A stretch of 64,000 nucleotides of DNA, taken from the IMG/VR virus record IMGVR_UViG_3300035670_000087. One strand, written 5' to 3'. The position numbers and the translations under genes are program-made. The notes under the pieces were generated by a model, which was given only the letters and a program-made list of their open reading frames with translations, did no database searches and had not been told where the DNA came from. Shown here one piece after another: positions 12,001 to 19,804 of the stretch (positions are counted from its first letter, which is position 1; each line of letters begins with the position of its first letter). The stretch is from a virus.

Positions 12001-13717
12001 ATGACCCGCTAGACCCAGACGTACCTGCTGTACCTGTTGATCCACTACTTCCTGCTGAACCTGAAGAGCCTGATGTTCCTGTTGTTCCTGACGATCCAGT
12101 AGATCCTGAACTTCCTGATGTACCTGTAGACCCCGAACTTCCTGTTGATCCGCTACTTCCACTAGTACCAGACGTGCCTGATGTGCCAGTAGATCCTGAA
12201 GATCCTGATGTGCCACTTGAACCAGATGTTCCTGATGTGCCTGTAGAACCGCTAGATCCTGTAGATCCAGAAGATCCTGTTGAACCAGATGTACCGGATG
12301 ATCCTGAGGTACCAGTTGATCCTGAAGAACCAGAGGTACCAGTAGAGCCTGATGAGCCTGTAGATCCACTACTTCCACTAGAACCAGAAGAGCCTGATGT
12401 TCCGGTTGATCCGCTTGTACCTGATGTACCGCCAGTACCAGATGTACCTGTGGATCCACTAGACCCTGAATTTCCACTAGAACCGGATGTGCCTGAGGAG
12501 CCAGAACTACCTGAAGTACCTGATGAGCCGGATGTACCAGAAGATCCGGATGTGCCTGAACTGCCGGAAGACCCGGAAGTACCGCTTGTACCTGTAGAAC
12601 CTGAACTGCCAGAAGTTCCTGATGAGCCTGTAGAACCTGAGCTACCGCTAGATCCTGAAGTTCCAGTAGAACCGCTTGATCCAGAGCTTCCAGACGTGCC
12701 AGTAGATCCGCTAGATCCGGTGGTGCCTGATAAGCCTGAGGAACCGCTAGAGCCAGAACTTCCGGAGGTGCCGCTAGAACCTGAGGTACCTGAAGTACCA
12801 CTAGAGCCGTCAGCTCCACTAGTTCTATAATAAAATTGTCCAGTTACAGGGTCTACTACTACAAAAGTTGTTGAACCAGAATTTAAAGATAAATCTTTTA
12901 CGCTTAAAGACCCTGTTATAAGTACACTTCCAGTAAATTGATGTGTATCAGTTAAACTATCCCCAAATATATTACTACCGCTGCTGTATACTACTGAAGA
13001 TGTTACATACTCTACTACTAAAGTAGTTGCATATATGTTTCCTGGGGTTACTATATCTCCGCTAACATTTAAAGATCCAGTAACAGTTAAAGTATTATTG
13101 TTATATACTAAATTAGCAGAAGCTGTTGCTGCGTTTACAGAACCATCGGATAAAATTATTCTTCCTGGTCCGGGATCATGTATAGTATCAAATCCTGTTC
13201 CAGAAGAACCAGCTGTACCACTTGTACCTGTTGTTCCAGATGTGCCTGAAGTACCGCTTGTACCTGTTGTTCCAGATGTGCCTGAAGTACCGCTTGTACC
13301 TGTTGTTCCAGAAGAACCAGCTGTACCGCTTGTACCTGTTGTTCCACTTGTTCCACTAGACCCGTTAGTGCCAGAAGATCCTACGCCTCCAGATAAAGTA
13401 TATTGAAACTGCCCAGATACAGGATCTACTACTACAAAATAAGATGCACTAGAAGTTACCAGTAAGTGTTTATTATATATGGACCCAGAAATGTCTAAGG
13501 ACCCAGTAAAAGTTTGAATACCTATAAAAATATTGGATCCAGTAGTTGCTAATGATGCAGATTTTGAAGAAAATATAGGGTCGTTTTCTGGAAAAGAACC
13601 TGAGAAAGAACCTGTAAAAGAGCCTGAGAAAGATCCCGCAGTTACGGTATTCGATACTGTTAGATTTTTAAAATTTGCATCAGAACCATCTCTGGCTATC
13701 TGGATCCATGTTGCCAT
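6053..13717 (-). CDS. Giant (2554 aa) tail fibre-like protein: about 1500 aa of Gly-X-Y (X,Y mostly Ser/Thr) repeats interrupted by globular domains
   Basis: Near-strict Gly every third residue in five blocks; three copies of a ~125-aa domain; C-terminal IKSFVIDHP...LQYGVLEGPEHSVYVRG motif recalled from fibre C-termini. Confidence 0.85.
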   Translation of the reverse strand: MATWIQIARDGSDANFKNLTVSNTVTAGSFSGSFTGSFSGSFPENDPIFSSKSASLATTGSNIFIGIQTFTGSLDISGSIYNKHLLVTSSASYFVVVDPVSGQFQYTLSGGVGSSGTNGSSGTSGTTGTSGTAGSSGTTGTSGTSGTSGTTGTSGTSGTSGTTGTSGTAGSSGTGFDTIHDPGPGRIILSDGSVNAATASANLVYNNNTLTVTGSLNVSGDIVTPGNIYATTLVVEYVTSSVVYSSGSNIFGDSLTDTHQFTGSVLITGSLSVKDLSLNSGSTTFVVVDPVTGQFYYRTSGADGSSGTSGTSGSSGTSGSSGSSGSSGLSGTTGSSGSTGTSGSSGSSGSTGTSGSSGSSGSTGSSGTSGSSGSTGTSGTSGSSGSSGTSGSSGTSGSSGTSGSSGSSGTSGSSGNSGSSGSTGTSGTGGTSGTSGSTGTSGSSGSSGSSGSTGSSGSTGTSGSSGSTGTSGSSGTSGSTGSSGSTGSSGSTGTSGTSGSSGTSGSSGSTGTSGTSGTSGSSGSTGSSGSTGTSGSSGSTGSSGTTGTSGSSGSAGSSGSTGTAGTSGSSGSSGSTGSSGTTGTSGSSGTSGTTGSSGSSGTSGSSGSTGTSGSSGSSGSRGSSGTSGTAGSSGSSGSSGSSGSTGTSGTGGSSGTTGTSGSTGTSGSSGSSGTSGSSGSSGSTGTSGSSGSTGTSGSTGTSGSSGSSGSSGSTGTSGSSGSSGTAGLSGDRYLTSSTGSFTLGNSGSLYVGTGLAYSITQTVVIAYDLNNYQEAQVSSYDPITGLLTFITPSTTVGSGTYSSWSINLAGASGGDGSSGSSGTSGSSGSSGTSGQNGSSGTSGSSGSTGTSGSSGSTGTSGSSGSSGTSGTRGSSGTSGTSGTSGTTGSSGSSGSTGTSGTSGTSGSTGSSGSSGSTGSSGTSGTSGSTGTSGSSGTSGSTGTSGSSGSTGTSGSSGTSGTSGSSGTSGTAGSSGTSGSTGTSGSSGISGTAGSSGSSGSSGSTGTSGSSGSSGTSGTGGSSGSSGSSGSSGTRGSSGTSGSSGSSGSTGSSGTSGSSGTSGSSGSTGTSGSSGSTGTSGSSGSTGSSGSSGSSGSRGSSGSSGSTGTSGSSGTSGSSGSSGTGGSTGTSGSSGSSGTGFNTINSPAQGRVILSDGTTNAATASINLLYTNNSFNVTGALNVSGNISTPGNIFANTLVVQYITSSVIYSSGSNIFGDSVTDNHLFTGSVKITGSLSLRNIPISSSANLFLVVDQDGNVFYRTSGADGTSGSSGSTGTSGSSGTSGSSGSSGSSGSSGSSGSSGSSGSSGSSGSTGTSGSSGSTGTSGSSGSSGTSGSSGSSGSTGTSGSTGTSGSTGTSGSSGTSGSSGSSGTRGSSGSSGSTGTSGTSGSTGTSGSSGSSGTSGSSGSTGTSGTSGSTGSSGSSGSTGTSGSTGTSGSSGSSGSSGSSGSTGTSGSSGSSGTSGSSGSTGTSGSSGSTGTSGSSGSSGTRGSSGSSGSTGTSGSSGSSGSSGSSGSTGTSGSTGTSGSTGTSGSAGTSGSSGSSGSTGTSGSTGTSGTSGSSGSSGSSGSTGTSGSSGSTGTSGSSGTAGTGGSSGTSGSSGSSGTSGTRGSSGTSGTSGSSGSTGTSGSSGSTGTSGSSGSTGTSGSSGSTGSSGSSGTSGTSGSSGSSGTGFNTIHNPGIGRVILADNTVNAATASINLIYANNSFNVTGTLNVSGNIVTPGSIFANTLVVQYVTSSVIYSSGSNIFGDSLTDSQEFTGSVKISGSVAIKDLALNAGLTRFVVVDPTTGQFYYRTSGADGTAGSSGTSGSSGTSGSSGSTGSSGSSGSTGTSGSTGTSGSSGSSGSTGTSGSSGSTGSSGSSGSTGTSGSTGTSGSTGTSGSSGSTGTSGSSGSTGTSGSSGSTGTSGSSGSTGTSGSSGSSGTRGSSGSSGSTGTSGSSGSTGTSGSSGSTGTSGSSGSTGTSGSSGTSGSSGSRGSSGSTGTSGSSGSSGSRGSSGSSGSTGTSGSSGSTGSSGSSGSRGSSGSSGSTGTSGSSGSSGSSGSSGSTGTSGTSGSTGSSGSSGSSGQNGSLTWTPVMTNVTQGPSPDVFTKTGGTNNAWDSQVYSQQGYVRGVFVTSKISSTTGYAMIGLNSDPTTNASYISIDYAFYFNNATVSIYESGGSIGSFGSYTVDSVAYVTYDGYNVRYYLDGTLLRTVARSIGSPLHLDSSIYNTNLAFTNVGFGPMGESGTSGTSGTGFNTVSNPADNRVLTSDGTTNAAVAESNLTFDGTILNITRTTGNGSLYGTGDLVLETDSTFYIGAYTARPLYINSANGASGTVYVSSAGLLGVGTTSPASKLTISGGSLGSTSGDRVLLQNFTTTTTNVDNLEITNIRIGNGSDWYTSGHRIQQKVDSTWMGYIQFNGGNIGGLSIGAGTTTSSPTSVTQVMSINVGTVDITGVLTATIKSFVIDHPTKPGMKLQYGVLEGPEHSVYVRGRLKGDNTIILPDHWVNLVDENTITVNLTPIGKHQNLYVKSSDYEKVIVGSEDYIDCYYTIFAERKDVDKLITEY
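9786..9866. repeat. Perfect 9-bp microsatellite (gaagaacct)x9 encoding (GSS)n
   Basis: Counted directly: nine identical units from 9786 to 9866. Confidence 0.95.
13215..13345. repeat. 36-bp near-perfect tandem repeats (about 3.6 units) in the first Gly-X-Y block
   Basis: Units begin gtacc(a/g)cttgtacctgttgttccaga at 13215, 13251, 13287 and 13323. Confidence 0.85.
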
Positions 13718-13752
13718 TTACGCTTTTGATTTTAGTGTGGACTCTCTTTAAA

Positions 13753-13760
13753 TATAAATA
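13753..13760 (-). promoter_or_regulatory. TATTTATA putative late-promoter motif
   Basis: Intergenic, upstream of the giant fibre gene. Confidence 0.6.
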
Positions 13761-13769
13761 TCAAAAAGC

Positions 13770-14021
13770 TTAAAAAGACTCATCTCCAAGATCTATTACT
13801 GCATTGCTTCCTGTATCTGCAAATGTTCCTAGTCCTTGTATAAATAAAGACCCGCTATAACTATCTATAGAGTGTACTATTTCTTGTGAGCCACTTACAA
13901 CTAATGCTGGTATAGAAGAGGTTTGAACAAAAACACCTTGACCAATAACTGTCAATGACCCTGTTAACACAAAGTCTCCTGATAATTCTTTACTTATTTG
14001 TTTAGCTCTTATTAATGCCAT
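13770..14021 (-). CDS. Small hypothetical virion protein (start revised to MALIRAK)
   Basis: ATG at 14021 directly follows the gp15-like stop; TGS-rich composition like the fibre N-terminus. Confidence 0.65.
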   Translation of the reverse strand: MALIRAKQISKELSGDFVLTGSLTVIGQGVFVQTSSIPALVVSGSQEIVHSIDSYSGSLFIQGLGTFADTGSNAVIDLGDESF

Positions 14022-14022
14022 T

Positions 14023-15282
14023 TTATTCAAATTTTCCTACAGATATAATATCATCTTGACTATCAAAAGAATACCCTAAAGTACCTTCATTTATTGTCAA
14101 CACTGTATTTACACCTGATTCAACAAAAGACGTTATATGTGTTGCATCAACATACACTCCATTTACAAAAAATTTAAAATCACTAACAGAAGTTGCAGGC
14201 AATCCTGATCCTGCTGGGGGCTCTTTGAACGATGTGTTCAAAAAAGTAGCCGTATTACTTGTTGTAGAAGCTGCGTCAGCCTTTTTAGTTTCTGATGTGT
14301 TTAAATACAATATAACATCAGTGTTAGTGTTAGTCGTTGTGTTTGTTATATTTGTCACATTCACTCCTTCTGGTATATATGATGTCAATGCTTGTTTAGG
14401 CTTAACTGGGGCTCTAAATGCTACTTGTTCTACGTCTTGGCTAGATGCTTCCATTGTGAAGAATACTTGCGCTTTAGACCTGTATTTAAGTGCATTTGCA
14501 GCCAAATGTTTACCTATATTACTAGGAGTTAAGTACCCATTCATTGATAAAGTAAATGTACTTAGAAACCTTCTATCGGTCCCCTCATTAATTTCATTAG
14601 TAATAGGAAAATTATCTATCCTAGCTTTAAATAAAAACTTTCCAGGTTCTCCCCAATAAGAGTCTGCTCTAAAACTTATATCCTCAATAATTTTATTTAT
14701 ATCTTCATAAAAAGAAGTATAGGCTGTACACGTATAAGTAAGGGTGTAATAGTCTGGTACAACTACATTATAGAATTCTTTAACCGGAACCCTGTTAGTT
14801 AGAACAGCAAAATTATCATACTGATTTTTAGTAGTGTATCTCTTTTCATAAGTTTGAAAAATATTTACAGTATTGCCGTCTAACTTGTGACTGATGGATC
14901 TGTTTCTTTCCAGGTTGTCCCTTCTTATGGTTATTATAGGTAGCATTATTCTACCGTCCTTATCTCTGTAGATACCGTCTTTTTGTGCTGTTTTCCATCT
15001 TTCGGCATCTGCAAATATTACAGGAATATTTTGCTTTGTACCCTCATTTATAACATAAGGCATTATAACCTCTTGAAAATAATACATTATCGCACTATCT
15101 ATATCTTCTAACCCTACTGATATGTCTTTGAGGTCTTCTCCTCTCATTGACACATCTTCCCCTCTCTTATACTCATGTATAGGAGGTTTTTGTACGTTAC
15201 TATAGTTAGGCTCTATTTTATCATTTAAAATTTCTGCCTCTGTTTTAGGTCTATTTTTTAGAACTCTTTTTTGTAAAGGCAT
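14023..15282 (-). CDS. T4 gp15-like tail terminator/sheath stabiliser with C-terminal extension
   Basis: IPVIFADAERW, RIMLPIITIRR, VPDYYTLTY, INKIIE pattern; position after gp13/gp14-like genes. Confidence 0.65.
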   Translation of the reverse strand: MPLQKRVLKNRPKTEAEILNDKIEPNYSNVQKPPIHEYKRGEDVSMRGEDLKDISVGLEDIDSAIMYYFQEVIMPYVINEGTKQNIPVIFADAERWKTAQKDGIYRDKDGRIMLPIITIRRDNLERNRSISHKLDGNTVNIFQTYEKRYTTKNQYDNFAVLTNRVPVKEFYNVVVPDYYTLTYTCTAYTSFYEDINKIIEDISFRADSYWGEPGKFLFKARIDNFPITNEINEGTDRRFLSTFTLSMNGYLTPSNIGKHLAANALKYRSKAQVFFTMEASSQDVEQVAFRAPVKPKQALTSYIPEGVNVTNITNTTTNTNTDVILYLNTSETKKADAASTTSNTATFLNTSFKEPPAGSGLPATSVSDFKFFVNGVYVDATHITSFVESGVNTVLTINEGTLGYSFDSQDDIISVGKFE

Positions 15283-15283
15283 A

Positions 15284-15772
15284 CTATGTAGATTTTATAA
15301 TATTTAACTTGTTTACACCAGTAAGATGGGCTTTACACACTATAGACCAAGACTCACCGTAATTCTGCAAGTCCTCTTCAAGAGAATACTCAGGATTTTT
15401 ACCCATATAAAACTGATTTTCTACTACTACACCTACTTCATAGTAAGATTCTTTTAAGTATATAATATCTCCAGACTCCATTACTAAGTTAATGTCTATA
15501 AGATCATCTCTTAAAAATCTAAACTCTGCTGTTTGTGATACAGACTTACCGTAAGACTGATCGTCTGATGTTTGATCATCTATCATGTATAAACACGCTA
15601 TTAAAATAGGCTGTTCATACATTTTATTTTTAGATTCTCCATAAATATTATACCTAGTTTCTGAAAGAGATAGTTTATAATATAGTACCTCCTCAGCGAC
15701 TATCCTATTTACGACTTGTCTACTATGGTGTCTAAAAAATGATCTCGCTCTAGGTCCTCCGTAAAGTGCCAT
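15284..15772 (-). CDS. T4 gp14-like neck/head-closure protein
   Basis: EEVLYYKL, NIYGES, GDIIY..ESYYEV; synteny between gp13- and gp15-like genes. Confidence 0.65.
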   Translation of the reverse strand: MALYGGPRARSFFRHHSRQVVNRIVAEEVLYYKLSLSETRYNIYGESKNKMYEQPILIACLYMIDDQTSDDQSYGKSVSQTAEFRFLRDDLIDINLVMESGDIIYLKESYYEVGVVVENQFYMGKNPEYSLEEDLQNYGESWSIVCKAHLTGVNKLNIIKST

Positions 15773-16173
15773 TAATCAGTTTTTATTAGTGTATCTAATT
15801 TGGGAGTAGCAGCAACTATACCAGGAATATTATTTAATCCTTTTTCTTTATCTGATCTAACCATAGCATGTTTTATAAAATTCAAATGGGTTTTTGGATC
15901 TTTATTAGTTATGAATTTTACTTCTACAGTGCTATATTCGTAGTCTTTTAATGTTCTATTTATTTTATCAAGCCTTTCATCGCCTCTCAGGTCTACAATA
16001 GTTACCGTAGGTATGCCCCTAACTCTTTCAACTGCCTGTACTCTATTTATTTTTCTTTTAAACTTTACAAGAAACACACAAGAATAGCTATGAAAGGTTT
16101 TTTTTATAGATTGTTTTCTTCTAAACCTATAATCATTATCTTTTTCTAATAATATGTCTAATAATTTAGTCAT
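15772..16173 (-). CDS. Hypothetical protein
   Basis: 133 aa, stop/start overlaps with both neighbours; N-terminus MTKLLDILLE. Confidence 0.7.
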   Translation of the reverse strand: MTKLLDILLEKDNDYRFRRKQSIKKTFHSYSCVFLVKFKRKINRVQAVERVRGIPTVTIVDLRGDERLDKINRTLKDYEYSTVEVKFITNKDPKTHLNFIKHAMVRSDKEKGLNNIPGIVAATPKLDTLIKTD

Positions 16174-17339
16174 TAAGCTATAATAATTGGCATTGGAAAA
16201 TTAACAAAAGTCTCTCTCATCATCGAAGCCTCTTGAGATTTCTTTTCTAACTGCTTTTGACGAGACGTATCATCTAAAGTTGCTCTTAATTGTTCAACTA
16301 AAGCAGTCTTTTCTGCATTTGCTTGATCAATTAATGTCTGTCCGTTAACTGTAACCTCCGCTCCTGGTACAGGTATCTGACTATATACACCCCTAATATT
16401 ACCTAATGTCTCTTTTGTGACAGCTAAAGCGTAATCAAATATCCATTTTTTAAATATATCATTTATTTGATTGTAATTAATGTTATTATAAGGAACATTG
16501 CTTACATTAGTTATCAATCCATTAGAAGGGTTTCTATATAAAGCACTTCTTTCTGATTTTTTAATATAAGTAAAGAACATTTTTCTATTAAAAGTAGGTA
16601 TTGGAAAAATCCTAAGCTTATTATTTATAAGTTCAAACCCGTACCCTGACTTTCTTATTTGATCATTAAACTCAATTGCTTGTATTTTTAATACATCAAA
16701 ATAAACTGGCATCAACATAAAGTTAATTCCAGGAGAAAATTGACCAAATCCAAAAGTTTCCATCAAAGATTGAAGACCAGTACCCGTTCCGGCATACGGA
16801 TCAAAATACCTTACAATCGCTGGGGATGCCTCATAAAATATTCTTTTTATTTCTATACTATCTCCGGGAGTTAAAGAGGCTGATGCGCTAGCCCATGCAG
16901 CTAAATCATAATGTTGTTGTCCTGCTATTAAGTCTATAGACCCAGAATAGTAGTTTATATTACCTCCGCTACCTACTTCACTTCCATAATCAGCAGCTAT
17001 TCTAAACATATTCTCAAAATTCGGTTGAATTAGAGTTGTGTTTAGTGAACTTCCAGTTGTATTTCCTTCTAAAGAAAGATAGTTTTCTCTTATTTTATAC
17101 TCATATAACTCTTTGCCATACACAGCTACTGCATCTTCTAAAGAAGCGTAGAAATTTATGTCTTGCAATTCAATTTCCATGATTGGATAACCAAGTCTCC
17201 TAGCAGCAAACTTGACAAATTTTTGACCATCAGTCTGAAATTCAGAGTCTGTATCAAAAAATCCAAATGGAGTATTTCCCGAAACAGGAAGTAACGGGAC
17301 ACTCGCATCATAATATTGTATTTCTACTTGGCCAGCCAT
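16173..17339 (-). CDS. T4 gp13-like neck protein (head-tail adaptor)
   Basis: ARRLGYPIMEIEL, WIFDYALAVTKETLGNIRG.YS.IPVPG..VTVNGQTL resembles the gp13 family. Confidence 0.75.
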   Translation of the reverse strand: MAGQVEIQYYDASVPLLPVSGNTPFGFFDTDSEFQTDGQKFVKFAARRLGYPIMEIELQDINFYASLEDAVAVYGKELYEYKIRENYLSLEGNTTGSSLNTTLIQPNFENMFRIAADYGSEVGSGGNINYYSGSIDLIAGQQHYDLAAWASASASLTPGDSIEIKRIFYEASPAIVRYFDPYAGTGTGLQSLMETFGFGQFSPGINFMLMPVYFDVLKIQAIEFNDQIRKSGYGFELINNKLRIFPIPTFNRKMFFTYIKKSERSALYRNPSNGLITNVSNVPYNNINYNQINDIFKKWIFDYALAVTKETLGNIRGVYSQIPVPGAEVTVNGQTLIDQANAEKTALVEQLRATLDDTSRQKQLEKKSQEASMMRETFVNFPMPIIIA

Positions 17340-17349
17340 TATAATTCTT

Positions 17350-17363
17350 TATAAATATAAATA
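17350..17363 (-). promoter_or_regulatory. Two overlapping TATTTATA motifs
   Basis: 17350-57 and 17356-63, upstream of the gp13-like gene. Confidence 0.6.
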
Positions 17364-17366
17364 TTA

Positions 17367-18056
17367 CTAACTCCTATATTGTTCAAATATAGCAAGCATA
17401 GGATCCACTATTGGATGTCTATGGTTTGTTTGTAGAGTTATTATGGTAAATCCTGGAATATCTTTCATATGTTTACATACAAAATCAAATCCGGAATCTT
17501 TTTTATTTCTTAAATCGATTTGTGCAGAGTCACCGCATATGATTATCTTAGATCCCATACATAATCTACCCATAATTAATTCTAATTGGTTCTCAGAACA
17601 GTTTTGTGCTTCATCAATTATAACTACACAATTAGTAAAGTTGAATCCTCTTAAAAAACCTACTGGGATTATCTCTATGAGTCCTTCTGTTACTATTTTT
17701 TCTATCTTTTCTTTACCGCAAAGCCTGAACATGTTATCATACACAGGTGCGGTAAATGGCGCCATCTTTTCTTCTTTGGTACCCGGTAAAAATCCTATTT
17801 GTTCTCCTGCTGTAATAGCTGGTCTTGCTATTATTATCTTCTCTACTTCCTTTTTAAACATCATATCTAGTGCTACTTGAGCTGCTAGTAATGATTTACC
17901 ACTACCTGCTTTGCCTCTTATTACCGATATGTCGCTGTTTATTATTTTATCTTTTGCATTTTTCTGTTCATCGTTTAATGATACATTAAATTTTATTGGA
18001 TTTTTAGGAACTTTCTTTGACTTAAACACTGAATCGGTGTGGTGATTTGATGACAT
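17367..18056 (-). CDS. phoH: PhoH-like ATPase (start revised to ATG at 18056)
   Basis: GKAGSGKS Walker A, IIIARP, GFLPG, GFLRGFNF, IIDEAQN, GDSAQID, HRHPIV. Confidence 0.95.
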   Translation of the reverse strand: MSSNHHTDSVFKSKKVPKNPIKFNVSLNDEQKNAKDKIINSDISVIRGKAGSGKSLLAAQVALDMMFKKEVEKIIIARPAITAGEQIGFLPGTKEEKMAPFTAPVYDNMFRLCGKEKIEKIVTEGLIEIIPVGFLRGFNFTNCVVIIDEAQNCSENQLELIMGRLCMGSKIIICGDSAQIDLRNKKDSGFDFVCKHMKDIPGFTIITLQTNHRHPIVDPMLAIFEQYRS

Positions 18057-18067
18057 AAACAATTTTA

Positions 18068-18075
18068 TATAAATA
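18068..18075 (-). promoter_or_regulatory. TATTTATA putative late-promoter motif
   Basis: Between the capsid terminator and phoH. Confidence 0.6.
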
Positions 18076-18084
18076 TTTTAAAAT

Positions 18085-18118
18085 AAATAAAAAAGCCGGA
18101 AATAATATTCCGGCCTTT
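18085..18118 (-). terminator. Rho-independent terminator after the major capsid gene
   Basis: Minus strand GCCGGAA-tattat-TTCCGGC followed by TTTTTTATTTATTT. Confidence 0.9.
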
Positions 18119-18138
18119 CTATATTTTATCTTCTCAGA

Positions 18139-19779
18139 TTAGTAACCATTGTCAAGATCTGCTACTTCAACTTTACCGAAGAACTCGGAACGCAACATTT
18201 TCTTAGCGTACCTGGTCATCAGACCTTTTCTTGGAGTGAAAGTCTCAGGATCATACAACAGTGGAGTCATAATCAATGGGATATAAGGAGCAAACACAGC
18301 ACCTGTTTCAAGGAACTGGCTACCTTTATAAGCCAAGAGAATAGTGTTTTCGTTCATGTATGGATTAACATACACTTTGTAACGGCTATTCAGTTGTCCA
18401 GCTTTGTGTGAACCCATTGCAAATTCTTCTTTGCTACCATCGGTATCAGCGGCATAGCCAGGGATAGATTCGATGATTGTTGCGATAGAAGGACCGCACA
18501 TGAGAACGTTAGCTTGACCACGCAAAGTCTTCTGGTGAATCTTACGAGCTACGCTCTGGATCTTAGTACCAAGAGTGGCGAACCACTGACCTTGAGTGTT
18601 GTAATAACCACCAGCACCAGCAGCAGACTGTGACCAAGTACCAGCTACCCTGTTGTAGAAGGTGTTGGCAGAAGCAGACCAGTAATCTGTAGTGTTAGCG
18701 TTTTGGATCAACATGTCGATGATTTCGAGGTCGATCTCAAGAGAGATATATTCTGACAGAGTAGAAGTCAATTCAGCTTCAGCGTCAAGAGACTGGTAAG
18801 CATTCAGGTCTTGGCTGAATTCTGGAGTCCACTTAGCTTTAAGTTTCCTTGTTTTAGCAACTACGGCCTCAGAACGAAGTTCAACGTTAATCTCAGGGAT
18901 AGCGTTAGAACCAGTTAAAGGAGATGATGCTGCATCTTCGAAGTCACCACGGCTGTTGTCAGCAGGTTGCTTCTGATAGAATACTACGCCAGAACCAGAA
19001 CCCAAGTTCAATTGACCAGCAGAGCCAGATACAATGAAAGAAAGGGTGTCGTTAGAAGCGTAAGAAGTAAATTCAGCAAACAAGTTGCTTTCGTTTACAC
19101 CACTACCAGTTACGATGAAACCACGAACAGCGTTGATGTCGAGGTTAGTCAAAGAACCGCTAGCAGAAGTTACAGACAACTTACGAAGTCTACCAGCAGC
19201 AGCAGAAGCGCTATAGATAGAGTTAAAGTTAACATCAGCAGCAGAAGCTGTAGTGATGGTGTAGTTTACAGAAGCAGAGTAGTTGTTGATTGAGTAACCA
19301 AAACGACCAGCACCGTAAAGACCACCAGCAGGGTTAACATCTTTTACGTTAGTTGTACCGTACATGCTGTCACCAGATGTGAAACGGTTTGTCAGAGGAG
19401 TACCAGGACGGTTGTTACCATACTTGAATTCCAAGAAGAACACAAGACCAGCAGGCAATGTCATTGGCTGCACGCTAACGAACTCTTTAGAAGAGATTTC
19501 AGCGAAGATCTTACGAACCAAAGGAAGAGCTACACCAGCCCATTGCTCACCAGCACCTACGGTAAATGTACCACCGGTACCAGTTTGAGATTGTTCTACG
19601 AGAAGCTGCTTAGCTTGGTTTTCGAGGATGATAGACATCCTTTCTTTACCGTAGGCTTGGTTCTTAAGGTCATTACCCTCAAGAAGACCCGTAGCTTCCC
19701 ACTTCTTCACCAACCTTGTAGCTTCGTTCATTTGCGAAGCGTACGGATTGGAGCTTTCGAGGAGAGATTGTACGTTCAT
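18139..19779 (-). CDS. gp23: Major capsid protein, T4 gp23-like (HK97 fold)
   Basis: VSVQPMTLPAGLVFFL, AKTRKLKAKWTPEFSQDL, EAELTSTLSEYISLEIDLEII, YAPYIPL-like FAPYIPL, TPRKGLMTRYA. Confidence 0.97.
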   Translation of the reverse strand: MNVQSLLESSNPYASQMNEATRLVKKWEATGLLEGNDLKNQAYGKERMSIILENQAKQLLVEQSQTGTGGTFTVGAGEQWAGVALPLVRKIFAEISSKEFVSVQPMTLPAGLVFFLEFKYGNNRPGTPLTNRFTSGDSMYGTTNVKDVNPAGGLYGAGRFGYSINNYSASVNYTITTASAADVNFNSIYSASAAAGRLRKLSVTSASGSLTNLDINAVRGFIVTGSGVNESNLFAEFTSYASNDTLSFIVSGSAGQLNLGSGSGVVFYQKQPADNSRGDFEDAASSPLTGSNAIPEINVELRSEAVVAKTRKLKAKWTPEFSQDLNAYQSLDAEAELTSTLSEYISLEIDLEIIDMLIQNANTTDYWSASANTFYNRVAGTWSQSAAGAGGYYNTQGQWFATLGTKIQSVARKIHQKTLRGQANVLMCGPSIATIIESIPGYAADTDGSKEEFAMGSHKAGQLNSRYKVYVNPYMNENTILLAYKGSQFLETGAVFAPYIPLIMTPLLYDPETFTPRKGLMTRYAKKMLRSEFFGKVEVADLDNGY

Positions 19780-19804
19780 TTTACTTTGTTTTTATTTTTT
19801 TATT

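Noticed and set aside
7492-13406. Long ORFs on the plus strand (EPEEP/DPEVP-rich) and in alternative minus frames (Q/L/V/H-rich) over the giant fibre
   Set aside because: Shadows of the Gly/Ser/Thr codon repeats, which lack stops in other frames; no start context or independent motifs
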